DNA of 64,000 nucleotides, from NCBI RefSeq assembly GCF_006345805.1, contig NC_043000.1:6262001-6326000 (forward strand), written 5' to 3'. The notes beneath the pieces were generated by a model, which saw only the letters and a program-made list of their open reading frames with translations, did no database searches and was not told where the DNA came from. Both the position numbers and the translations under genes were made by a program. Shown here piece by piece: positions 12,827-24,390 of this stretch. Each line of letters starts with the position of its first letter. Position 1 is the stretch's first letter. The DNA is from Octopus sinensis (taxonomy: Eukaryota).

Positions 12827-13643
12827 GGACCAACCACAAACGACTTCAGATAGATGGCCCTGCTCGATCTGTAAAAAAGGTGTAGGTAGAAACTCTATAA
12901 GGTGCACCAAGTGTAAGCTATGGACACATAAGAGGTGCAGCAATGTCAAAGGAAGGCTAACTAAGAAAATAGTTTTTGTCTGTGGCAGATGCTCAAGAGA
13001 AATAAACACTGGAAATGTGCAGAGACCAACTTCTACCACGTTCCAGGGAGACAAACTAGAAGTAGTTGATAGCTTCCGCTACCTAGGAGACCAAGTCAGT
13101 AGCGGGGGTGGGTGTGCTGAAAGTGTAACTGCTAGAGTAAGAATAGCCTGGGCAAAGTTTAGAGAGCTCTTACCCCTGCTGGTGACAAAAGGCCTCTCGC
13201 TAAGAGTAAAAGGCAGACTATATGATGCGTGTGTACGTACAGCCATGCTACATGGTAGTGAAACATGGGCCGTGACAGCTGAGGATATGCGTAAGCTTGC
13301 AAGAAATGAAGCCAGTATGCTCCGATGGATGTGTAATGTCAGTGTTCGTAATCGTCAGAGTGTAAGTACTTTAAGAGAAAAGTTGGACCTAAGAAGTGTC
13401 AGTTGTGGTGTGCAAGAGAGACGGCTGCACTGGTATGGTCATGTGACGAGAATGGCTGAAGATAGTTGTGTGCAAAAGTGCTACACCCTAGCAGTTGAGG
13501 GAACCTGTGGAAGAGGTAGACCCAGGAAAACCTGGGACGAGGTGGTGAAGCACGACCTTCGAACTTTAGGTCTCACCAAGGAAATGACTGAAGACCGAGT
13601 CCTATGGAAGTGTGCTGTGCATGAGAGGACCCGCCAGGACTAG
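12827..13643 (+). mobile_element. 5'-truncated RTE-clade LINE, ORF C-terminal part (PHD-type finger, end of RT, C-terminal domain)
   Basis: Uninterrupted frame of about 270 codons with VVDSFRYLG, RIAWAKFREL, KGRLYDACVRTAMLHGSETW, RRLHWYGHV and GRGRPRKTW motifs typical of RTE ORFs. Confidence 0.92.
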
Positions 13644-16600
13644 TCAGGCCATATCCCGTGGCCCCTACCTGGGACGTAGTCGATCCACCTGTGCATACCT
13701 TCCTTCTTGTGACACTTGTGAAGACCTGCTGAGGCAAGTGAAAATCAATCAAAATAGATGAACATCAATGGAATTTGTATCTTTGTGGTACCAGTGCCTG
13801 TGGCACACAAGAAAACCATCCGAACGTGGCCGTAGCCAGTACCGCATCGAGTCGCCTCCGTGCTGTGGGAACATGGTGGCACATAAAAACACCATCCGAA
13901 GACCCGGCAAGACTAGTCAGGTCATAACCCGTGGGCCCTACCTGGACGTAGTCAGTCCACCTTTACATACCTTCCTTCTTGTGACACTTGTGAAGACCTG
14001 TTGAGGCAAGTGAAAATCAAAACAAATCAAAATAGATGAACATCAATGGAATTTGTATCTTGTGGTACCAGTGCCGGTGGCACACAAGAATCCATCCGAA
14101 CGTGGCCGTAGTCAGTACCGCATCACTGGCCATCGTGCTGTGGGCACATAACAAACACCATCCGGTCGTGGCCGTTCGCCAGCCTCATCTAGCACCTGTT
14201 TCGGTGGCACATAAAAACACCATCCGAAGACCCGGCAAGACTAGTCAGGCCATAAACCATGGCCCCTACCTGGGACGTAGTCAGTCCACCTGTGCATACC
14301 TTCCTCCTTGTGATACTTGTGAAGGCCTGTTGAGGCAAGTGAAAATCAAAATCAAAATCAAATCAAAACAAATCAAAATAGATGAACATCAATGGAATTT
14401 GTATCTTTGTGTGGTTGGCGTTAGGAAGGGCATCCAGCTGTAGAAACACTGCCAGATCTGACTGGACTGGTGCAGCTTTCGGGCTCCCCAGACCCCAGTT
14501 GAACCGTCCAACCCATGCTAGCATGGAAAGCGGACGTTAATTGATGATGATGATGATGATGATGTGGTACCAGTGCCGGTGGCACACAAGAGAAAATCAT
14601 CGAAAGTGGCCGTAGCCAGTACCGCATCGACTGGCCTCCATGCTGTGGGCACATGACAAACACCATCCGATCGTGGCCGTTCGCCAGCCTCATCTAGCAC
14701 CTGTGTCGGTGGCACATAAAAACACCATCCGAAGACCCGGCAAGACTAGTCAGGCATAACCCATGGCCCCTACCTGGGACGTAGTCAGTCCACCTGTGCA
14801 TTCCTTCCTTCTTGTGAAACTTGTGAAGACCTGTTGAGGCAAGTGAAAATCAAAATCAAAACAAATCAAAATAGATGAACATCAATGGAATCTGTATCTT
14901 TGTGGTACCAGTGCCGGTGGCACACACTTGTGGTACCAGTGCCGGTGCACACAAGAGAACCATCCGAATGTGGCCGTAGCCAGTTCCGCATCGACGGCCT
15001 CCGTGCTGTGGGCACGTAACAAACACCATCCGATCATGGCCGTTCGCCAGCCTCATCTGGCACCTGTGTCGGTGGCACATAAAAACACCTTCCGAAGACC
15101 CGGCAAGACTAGTCAGTCCACCTGTGCATACCTTCTTCTTGTGACACTTGTGAAGACCGGTTGAGGCAAGTGAAAATCAAATCAAATCAAATCAAAATAG
15201 ACAAAATAGATGAACATCAATGGAATTTGTATCTTGTGGTACCAGTGCCTGTGGCACACAAGAAATCCATCAGTGCTGTAGTCAGTGCGGTGGGCACATG
15301 ACAAACACCATCCGATCGTGGCCGTTCGCCAGCCTCATCTAGCACCTGTGTCGGTGGCACATAAAAACACCATCCGAAGACCCGGCAAGACTGTCAGGCC
15401 ATAACCCATGGCCCCTACCTGGGACGTAGTCAGTCCACCTGTGCATACCTTCCTTCTTGTGACACTTGTGAAGACCTGTTGAGGCAAGTGAAAATCAAAA
15501 CAAATCAAAATAGATGAACATCAATGGAATTTGTATCTTGTGGTACCAGTGCCGGTGGCACACAAGAATCCATCCGAACGTGGCCGTAGTCAGTACCGCA
15601 TCACTGGCCATCGTGCTGTGGGCACATAACAAACACCATCCGGTCGTGGCCGTTCGCCAGCCTCATCTAGCACCTGTTTCGGTGGCACATAAAAACACCA
15701 TCCGAAGACCCGGCAAGACTAGTCAGGCCATAAACCATGGCCCCTACCTGGGACGTAGTCAGTCCACCTGTGCATACCTTCCTCCTTGTGATACTTGTGA
15801 AGGCCTGTTGAGGCAAGTGAAAATCAAAATCAAAATCAAATCAAAACAAATCAAAATAGATGAACATCAATGGAATTTGTATCTTTGTGTGGTTGGCGTT
15901 AGGAAGGGCATCCAGCTGTAGAAACACTGCCAGATCTGACTGGACTGGTGCAGCTTTCGGGCTCCCCAGACCCCAGTTGAACCGTCCAACCCATGCTAGC
16001 ATGGAAAGCGGACGTTAAATGATGATGATGATGATGATGATGTGGTACCAGTGCCGGTGGCACACAAGAGAAAATCATCCGAAAGTGGCCGTAGCCAGTA
16101 CGCATCGACTGGCCTCCATGCTGTGGGCACATGACAAACACCATCCGATCGTGGCCGTTCGCCAGCCTCATCTAGCACCTGTGTCGGTGGCACATAAAAA
16201 CACCATCCGAAGACCCGGCAAGACTAGTCAGGCCATAACCCATGGCCCCTACCTGGGACGTAGTCAGTCCACCTGTGCATTCCTTCCTTCTTGTGAAACT
16301 TGTGAAGACCTGTTGAGGCAAGTGAAAATCAAAATCAAAACAAATCAAAATAGATGAACATCAATGGAATCTGTATCTTTGTGGTACCAGTGCCGGTGGC
16401 ACACACTTTGTGGTACCAGTGCCGGTGGCACACAGAGAACCATCCGAATGTGGCCGTAGCCAGTTCCGCATCGACGGCCTCCGTGCTGTGGGCACGTAAC
16501 AAACACCATCCGATCATGGCCGTTCGCCAGCCTCATCTGGCACCTGTGTCGGTGGCACATAAAAACACCTTCCGAAGACCGGCAAGACTAGTCAGTCCAC

Positions 16601-17476
16601 CTGTGCATACCTTCCTTCTTGTGACACTTGTGAAGACCGGTTGAGGCAAGTGAAAATCAAATCAAATCAAATCAAAATAGACAAAATAGATGAACATCAA
16701 TGGAATTTGTATCTTGTGGTACCAGTGCCTGTGGCACACAAGAAATCCATCAGTGCTGTAGTCAGTGCGGTGGGCACATGACAAACACCATCCGATCGTG
16801 GCCGTTCGCCAGCCTCATCTAGCACCTGTGTCGGTGGCACATAAAAACACCATCCGAAGACCCGGCAAGACTGGTCAGGCCATAACCCATGGCCCCTACC
16901 TGGGACGTAGTCAGTCCACCTGTGCATACCTTCCTTCTTGTGACACTTGTGAAGACCTGTTGAGGCAAGTGAAAATCAAAACAAATCAAAATAGATGAAC
17001 ATCAATGGAATTTGTATCTTGTGGTACCAGTGCCGGTGGCACGTGGCACACAAGAAAACCATCCGAACGTGGCCGTAGCCAGTACCGCATCGACTGGCCT
17101 CCGTGCTGTGGGCACGTAACAAGCACCATCCGATCGTGGCCGTTTGCCAGCCTCATCTGGCACCTGTGTCGGTGGCACATAAAAACACCATCCAAGCATG
17201 GCCGTCTGCCAGCCTCGTCTGGCACCTGTGTCGGTGGCACATAAAAAACACCATCCGAGCGTGGCCGTTTGCCAGCCTCGTCTGGCACCTGTGTCGGTGG
17301 CACATAGAATCACCCACTACACTCTCGGAGTGGTTGGCGTTAGGAAGGGCATCCAGCTGTAGAAACACTGCCAGATCTGACTGGACTGGTGCAGCTTTTG
17401 GGCTCCCCAGACCCCAGTTGAACCGTCCAACCCATGCTAGCATGGAAAGCGGACGTTAAATGATGATGATGATGAT
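13628..17476 (+). repeat. Tandem array of RTE 3' ends / 3' UTR with higher-order structure
   Basis: Re-entry motif gacc(c)ggcaagact at 13901, 14229, 14734, 15097, 15379, 15707, 16212, 16577 and 16859; spacings 328-505-363-282 then 328-505-365-282; final complete terminus ends in (GAT)n at 17476. Confidence 0.92.
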
Positions 17477-17493
17477 ATATATAATATATATAT

Positions 17494-17528
<35 letters not shown>

Positions 17529-18577
17529 CTGTATATATATAAATATGTGCATGTATGTATATATATATATATATTCACATGCATATATATGAATGTATGT
17601 ATGGATGGATGTATAAACAGAGTCAAGGCTGTGCAGTTAGACATTGCTTTTCAACCACTGTTTTGGGTTCAGTCCCATTGCATGGCAGTTTTGGAAAGTG
17701 TCTTCTACTATAACCCTGGGCTGACCAAAGCCTTGTGAGTGAATTTGGTAGACAGAAACTGAAATGTTTGGTCAAGGGGAAATATTACCTTACTTGAAAC
17801 CAGGTGGGGTTGGTGATATGAAGGGCAACTGACCATAGAAAAACCTGTCTCAACAATTCCTGTCCAACCCCTGCTTTAACCCTCATGCTCTTGTTTACAA
17901 AATACAAAGTTGCTGTTTTGAAGTGATCTAAATTAAAACTTTCAATCAAAATTTCAAGTTGATTTATTTTTCAAGCCAGCTTAACTCTCTTTTACTCTTT
18001 TACTTGTTTTAGTCATTTGACTGCGGCCATGCTGGAGCACTGCCTTTAGTCGAGCAAATCAACCCCAGGACTTATTCTTTGTAAGCCTAGTACTTAGCCT
18101 CTCGGTATCTTTTGTTATGGGGACGTAAACACACCAGCATCAGTTGTCAAGCGATGTTGGTGGTGGTGGGGGGGGGGGACAAACACAGACACACAAACAT
18201 ACACACACACACACATATATATCTATATATATATATACATATATACAATGGGCTTCTTTCAGTTTCCATCTACCAAATCCACTTACAAGGCTTCAGTCGG
18301 CCCCGAGGCTATAGTAGAAGACACATGCCCAAGGTGCCACGCAGTGGGACTGAACCCAGAACCATATGGTTGGTAAGCAAGCTAGAGAGAGTAAGAGTAA
18401 CTATGACAGTTATTTTATTAAATTTTTCATTGAAAAAAATCAATTGAAATGAAGGCAAAGTAATTTAACAGAAATACGGTAATGAAAATGTTAAAGGTGT
18501 AAAGAAGTGCACCTGTAGACAGCGATCAACAAACTATTTATTGCTGTCATTCTAAACATTTAAGTTCCAATTAATAC

Positions 18578-18708
18578 CTCTGCTGATTTGCTGGTTACAT
18601 TTTATGATTAAAAAGAATGATATCTCAGCATCTAAATTCACTTTGTGTGGACATGTTTCCCACTTTTGCACAAAATATTTATGAGAACAATTTTTTTTTT
18701 TCTTCTTA
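18578..18708 (-). CDS. Candidate internal exon (KKKKKNCSHKYFVQKWETCPHKVNLDAEISFFLIIKCNQQISR)
   Basis: aattcctttttcag| acceptor, GAG|gtatta donor; 131 nt, phase 2 to 1; lies within track ORF 18552..18740. Confidence 0.55.
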
Positions 18709-19024
18709 CTGAAAAAGGAATTACACCATAAAATGAGCACTAAGAATAGTATCTTTTCAGAAGATCATAACAATAAAGCTATACCAAAATGTACCAAAGA
18801 TACATTTTTGACAACATATACTCTTCAGAAATGTCTAGTTAGTTCTTTAATATTTGCCAAATCAATTTAAATTTTCTGTTTTTTACTTAATGAAAAAAAG
18901 CGAAAAAACTTTTCACTTAACAGACAGAAATCTCTTTGTCTTTCCTTTTTTGTTTTTTTTTTAAATGAATTTTCATGTTCAACCATAAAAGATTTGTCTG
19001 GAGAGACGAACCAGTCACTTTTAC

Positions 19025-19110
19025 TGAAACACTATGAATTTTTCATAATAAATTTCTACAATATCTCTATTGATATTTTGCTTTTTATGAAGTTGTATAA
19101 TGGATGCTAT
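19025..19110 (-). CDS. Candidate internal exon (IASIIQLHKKQNINRDIVEIYYEKFIVF)
   Basis: tttcaattcttttctcatag| acceptor, CA|gtaaaa donor; 86 nt, phase 0 to 2, joins exon 18708 in frame. Confidence 0.55.
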
Positions 19111-20240
19111 CTATGAGAAAAGAATTGAAATCGGATAACTGTCACATATGATCCTTACTAAAACTATCTGACAAGTTCTTTTTTCAGATCTATATTTGGC
19201 AAGTTGGCATTAAACATGAGAATTTTTATTGATATTTGTCAACAGGATGTTAACATTACTTTATTTCAGTGAAAGCAAAGGTACCAGGTTCAACCCCAAA
19301 ATGTTTCAAAGGTTATATAAGAAAAACAAATGAAGATACAAACAGGCAAATCATAAAAGAATAGTCTTTGATTTGTAGTTACCATTTAGGAAGGTTAAAA
19401 TTTTTTAGACCCAATAAATAAAAATGGACTTTTATCTATTTCTTTTTTTTTTTTTTCAGATCACCATTATCATCGTCATCATCGTATAACGTCCGCTTTC
19501 CATGTTGACATACGTTGGACAGTTTGACATGGAGCCAGCTAGCAGGGGGCTGTCCAGATCCCAACAGTCTGTTGTGACATGGTTTCTATGGCTGGATGCC
19601 CTTGTTAATGCCAACCACTTAACAGAGCGTGTTGGGTGCTTTTTATGTGTTACTGGCACAGATGCATTTACACAGCACTGGCACAGGTGTGTTAACACAG
19701 CACCAGCACCTGAAGGGACAAGCCTGTACATGTGAAAGACAACGATTCCACTTAGCTTGATGTGTCTTATCAAGTATAACAAATCGCCCCCCCCCTCTAT
19801 TGTCATTTCCTCAGGCACCTTTTTTTTTTCCTACAAAAGTGAGAAACCTTTTCAACCATAGGAATTTGAAATTCCTGCTTGTAAATTAATGCAGATTATG
19901 AGGTTCTGGATCATCAATGTCCAGAAAATCAGTGTTGTATTAACATACATACATATTAAGTAGATGTATTAACATACATCTACTTTTATTCAAGCCACCA
20001 AGAAGTGGGACTCAAAAAGCTTTATCTGGGTCAATAAGTAATCTGAAATTGAATTAAAACAGATAGCTGATGGGTCAAACACTGGACTGCAGGCATATGA
20101 GTTGAAGAATCAAAAGACTCAAATTCCGTTTCAGAAAATACATTCATGGTCAGACACATTTCTTATCTTCCCAAACAATCTTATGAGAAAAACCTCTACA
20201 CAGTTACTTCATTTGCTAGGAATAACAGCCAAATCTGCTT

Positions 20241-20567
20241 TTATGTACATTATTTACATTTGACGGATATTTGTTCTCATCTTGTTTGTTGTTAACACGT
20301 TTCGGCTGATATACCTTCCAGCCTTCATCAGGTGTCTTGGGGAAATTTCGAACCTAGGTTCTCATTCCTAAGGTATTCTTCGATGTTACTATTGTAGTTG
20401 TTGTTGTTGTTATTATTATTATTATTATTATTATCATCATCATCATCATCATTATTATTCAGGTCATTGCCTAGAACCGAACTCAGAATCTTGGGGTATA
20501 TGGCATAGTGCTTCAGAGCGTGGGCTACTAACCCCAAGATTCCGAGTTCGATTCCAGGCAGTGACTA

Positions 20568-20609
<42 letters not shown>

Positions 20610-20815
20610 GACAACAATAATAATAACAACATTGAGAAATACCTTAGGAATGAGGACCCAGGTTCGAAATTTCCCCAAGACACCTCACCTGATGAAGGCT
20701 GGAGGGTATATCAGCTGAAACGTGTTAACAACAAACAAGATGAGGGCAAATATCTGTCAAATGTAAATAATGTACATAATTTCTCATCTCTTAAATATAG
20801 AAATGTATAAATTTA
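20241..20815. mobile_element. Fold-back element: tRNA-derived head, (AAT)n and Penelope-type hammerhead-core tail, inverted around the head
   Basis: Arms 20241-20497 and 20531-20779 are reverse complements. The loop holds A-box-like TGGCATAGTG, the right arm B-box GAGTTCGATTCC, and each arm CTGATGAAGGCTG..CAGC(C/T)GAAAC. Confidence 0.8.
20689..20727 (+). ncRNA. Hammerhead-ribozyme-like core (PLE type); mirror copy on the minus strand near 20292-20330
   Basis: CUGAUGA-A-GGCUG-loop-CAGCU/CAGCC-GAAAC-GUGUU; stem I is not obviously formed. Confidence 0.5.
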
Positions 20816-21164
20816 CTTTTGATAACTTTCTAACATTTTATAAAAAGGAAGGATGAGTAAAATAATGTAGTCTTAGACATGATGGAATGGTCAAGGCTGG
20901 AAGTGATATGGTCATAGGTCTGTTCAATTACAGGTGACATACAAACTAAACAGTAAAGTAAAATGGATCTCTGTTGATTTTGAAAATAAGTGTTTATTTG
21001 TTAGATGAACCGAATTACCTGAATTAGACTGTAAGTGGCTGAGTATTCCATGGACATATAGTGTTAGTGTAATCATTAGGCAGGATCAGCATGACACATT
21101 GAGTGAAAATGCTGAGCCCTTTGAATTTCAGTCATAATCCATTTAATAGGCTCCTGCACAGTTT

Positions 21165-21400
21165 CCTTATTTCTTTATTGCCCACAAGGGGCTAAACATA
21201 GAGGGGACAAACAAGGACAGACAAAGGGATTAAGTCGATCACATCGACCCCAGTGCGTAACTGGTACTTATTTAATCGACCCCGAAAGGATGAAAGGCAA
21301 AGTCGACCTTGGCGGAATTTGAACTTAGAACATAAGGGCAGACGAAATACCGCTAAGCATTTCGCCTGGCATGTCAATGTTTCTGCCAGCTCGCCACCTG
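21165..21400 (-). mobile_element. tRNA-derived SINE family B, long form
   Basis: Matches the family B core plus tail ttgtttgtcccctctatgtttagccccttgtggg. Other copies at 9975-10190, 25415-25620, 29665-29900(+), 44212-44650 (two), 57950-58180 and 60955-61125(+). Confidence 0.85.
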
Positions 21401-22689
21401 CTCTTGTACAGTTTCCATCAACCCCATTTTATTCAGAAGGTTTGGATCAAGCCAAGACTACAGTAAAGCACACTTGCCCAAGATCCCAAGATACCACATC
21501 AGCCATCAAAGTTTCTTCCCGGATTATTGGCTCATAAAGCCAGTTTCCAAGATTACGTGGCATATCCATTCCCCTCACCCCTTGGATGGGATACTGGTTC
21601 ATTGCAGGATTACTCATTTTTGCCAACTGAATGGACTGAGCAATGTGGAATGAAATGCAAGAAACCTTTACAGGAATCAAAACCACAATCTTACTATCAT
21701 GAATGCAACACCCTAACCACCAAGCTACATGCCTCCACATACCAGATCTGGGCAACCATTTTTGTTTGAGAAACAAGCTGCATGAGACATGGCTCATCAT
21801 AAGATGGAGGTGCACTACTAAAAAAACCCATGGTAAATTGTCATTAGGCATACCATTTGGGAAGTCCCACTAGCTGCAGTTTACTGTGACTGTAGAACTC
21901 AGTGGGATTAAACCCAGGGATTTGTCACTATGGAGCAAACTTCTTAATCATTGAACCACGGGCAAAAAGACCGAGAATTATTTTCTCGAAATTTCCATCA
22001 GGGAAGGCAAAACATCTGTTTAGAAGAAGCCTGGCAAGCCTTAAAGGCAGTGAGGGTCAAATTTTATGTGGGAAAATGTCATGGCCCACAGCAAATTTTC
22101 AAATAAAACAAGTGAATAAATTAAACATTTCCTATCTTCAATTATAAATGATGAATGAGTGTCAGTGGTGGAGATTTCATGTATTAATTTTCAATTCTGC
22201 ACACATACGTATAAAATGTCTACAGCCTTTCCTCATTATATTTGATGGGCTGTTTGTTAGTTTTTATACGAATAAATATTGATTTCTCACTTTGATACAC
22301 AACTGTTTTTTATAGATTAAACTAATGATATTATGTGACATTCATGCTTTACTCAAGAGTATTAGCAGTATAAGTACAGTGAACTGTCTTCAGCCGGGAA
22401 TAGACAGCAATTTGCAGCCTCAAACCTGTGGACATCTCACTTCACATTTCATACTATAGCAACAGCCTCCTTGTACGCTTTACATTTTACTTATTCAAGT
22501 CATTGGACTGCAGCTATACCGGGACACGGCTTTGAAGGGTATAGTTAAACAAATCAACCAGAGTAATTATTTCTTAAGACCTGGTACTTACTCTATTGGT
22601 CTCTTTTGCTGAACTGCTTAGTTATAGAAGTGTATATAAACCAACACTGATTGTCAAGCAGTGGTGAGATACAAGCACAGCAACAAAAT

Positions 22690-22729
<40 letters not shown>

Positions 22730-22738
22730 ATATATAGT

Positions 22739-23911
22739 TAATAATGATAGTCTTAATAATAATATCAAGCATAGGCACAAGGCTAGGAACTTGAGAGAAG
22801 GAGTTACTTGATTATATGACTCCAGCACTTGACTGGTATTTTATTTATTAAATATATATATATCAAAACAGGACACATACCCATACACACAAAACATATT
22901 TCATGTTGCCCCAGTTTACTCAGCTGTATAAGTGATTTCAAGCAATATCTAGGAAGCTAACTCTGCAATGGACTGGTGTCCTGTTCAGGTGGGGAGTGTT
23001 TAAATATTTATATATATATATATATAATATATATATATATATACACACATATATATATACATATACACATATATATCTATACATATATATATCTATTATA
23101 TATACATCTATTATATAAAATCCGTTCTGTCTGTCTGTGTGTGTGTCTTCTAGGATTTCGGGCATCCTCCATTCGATTTGATATGTAGATACCGATGGTA
23201 TCAGGGCGTGTATAAGTCTAGAAAAAAATTACAAAAATCGATTCCAGGTGAGAATGCAATCGATAAAGCCGTGGGAACGTGCATTTGTACATGCAAGTAC
23301 ATCAGCTGTTGCGATCGATACTACGCATACGCGAGAAAAATGCACATGCAGTTTGCGCAAAAAGAAATTTGAAATTCTATGGTGGGCAAGCAAGCTTCTT
23401 ACCACACAGCCATACCTGCACCTAGGAAGACACATGTAATTTTAAAATCTAATTTGAGCTTTACATGGAATACCAGTGAGTCACAGTCAGAGACAAGCTA
23501 AAGAGGGAGTTGCTATGGAGTCACTCAACCTACTAGTAATAGCAGCTAAATCTCTCCCAAACTATATCCTTAGGTCCGTCATAATTCCTAGGACTCATAA
23601 GGTCAGAGCTTAACTGTGTTCCCATGGCATATAAGTGACTAAGATTACAACACTCCCCACCTGAACAGGACACCAGTCCATTGCAGAGTTAGCTTCATAG
23701 ATATTGCTTGAAATCACTTATACAGCTGAGTAAACTGGGGCAACATGAAATATGTTTTGTGTGTATGGGTATGTGTCCTGTTTTGATATATATATATTTA
23801 ATAAATAAAATACCAGTCAAGTGCTGGAGTCAATATAATCAAGTAACTCCTCCTCTCAAGTTCCTAGCCTTGTGCCTATGCTTGATATTATTATTAAGAC
23901 TATCATTATTA
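22739..23911. repeat. Inverted duplication of ~265 bp (22739-23000 and 23649-23911) with ~650 bp spacer
   Basis: Arms are near-identical reverse complements with a few substitutions or indels seen by eye. Confidence 0.92.
23106..23370 (+). mobile_element. Possible non-autonomous Helitron 5' fragment
   Basis: Starts TCTATTATATAAAA followed by a (CTGT)n tract, an arrangement typical of Helitron/DINE-like elements. Confidence 0.4.
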
Positions 23912-23967
23912 TTATTATTACTATCAACATCATCATCATCATCATTATTATTTTTATCATTATTATT

Positions 23968-24390
23968 GTTGCCTTTGCACAGCTTCTAACGCTGGAGATG
24001 TACTACTGTGTCAGCTGTTCAGTGCCAAACTAAAGTAACACCTCTTATTTTTCGAGCACCTTCCGGAGTATTCAAGTGGTTCCAAGCAGTGCTGTTTTCT
24101 GCAAGTGCTCCACCCTTATTGCAGCTCCTATTTGTTCCACATACTTCTCAAGATTTTTGCTCACTGTTCCCAAGGCTCTGATAATTATTGGTACTACTGC
24201 TACCTTTTTCATCGACCACAACTGCTTAACTTCCCAAGCTAACCTGTCATATCTCTCGACTTTTCTTTCTTCCTTATCACATACCTTGTTGTCAGCTGGG
24301 CAGGCTATGTCTATGGTCCAGCTTCGTTTGCTTTCTTTCTCAATTAACACTATGTCCAGCTTCCTATTCTCTGTCTCACACTATGTCCGG
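23968..24390 (-). mobile_element. R4/Dong-clade LINE 3' end (restriction-like endonuclease domain) inserted in (TAA)n
   Basis: NRKLDIVLIEKESKRSWTIDIACPAD..KEERKVERY..VVPIIIRALG..LQKTALLGT matches the REL domain of R4/Dong; ATT/AAT repeats on both sides; premature TGA near the end. Confidence 0.85.

Noticed and set aside
13628-17476. CRISPR-like repeat/spacer array
   Set aside because: Units are 270-500 bp, the variable parts are deletion variants of one RTE UTR rather than unique spacers, there are no cas genes and the context is eukaryotic.
20499-20566. tRNA gene
   Set aside because: A/B-box-like and anticodon-arm-like parts are present, but no intact acceptor stem; it is the head of a repeat element.
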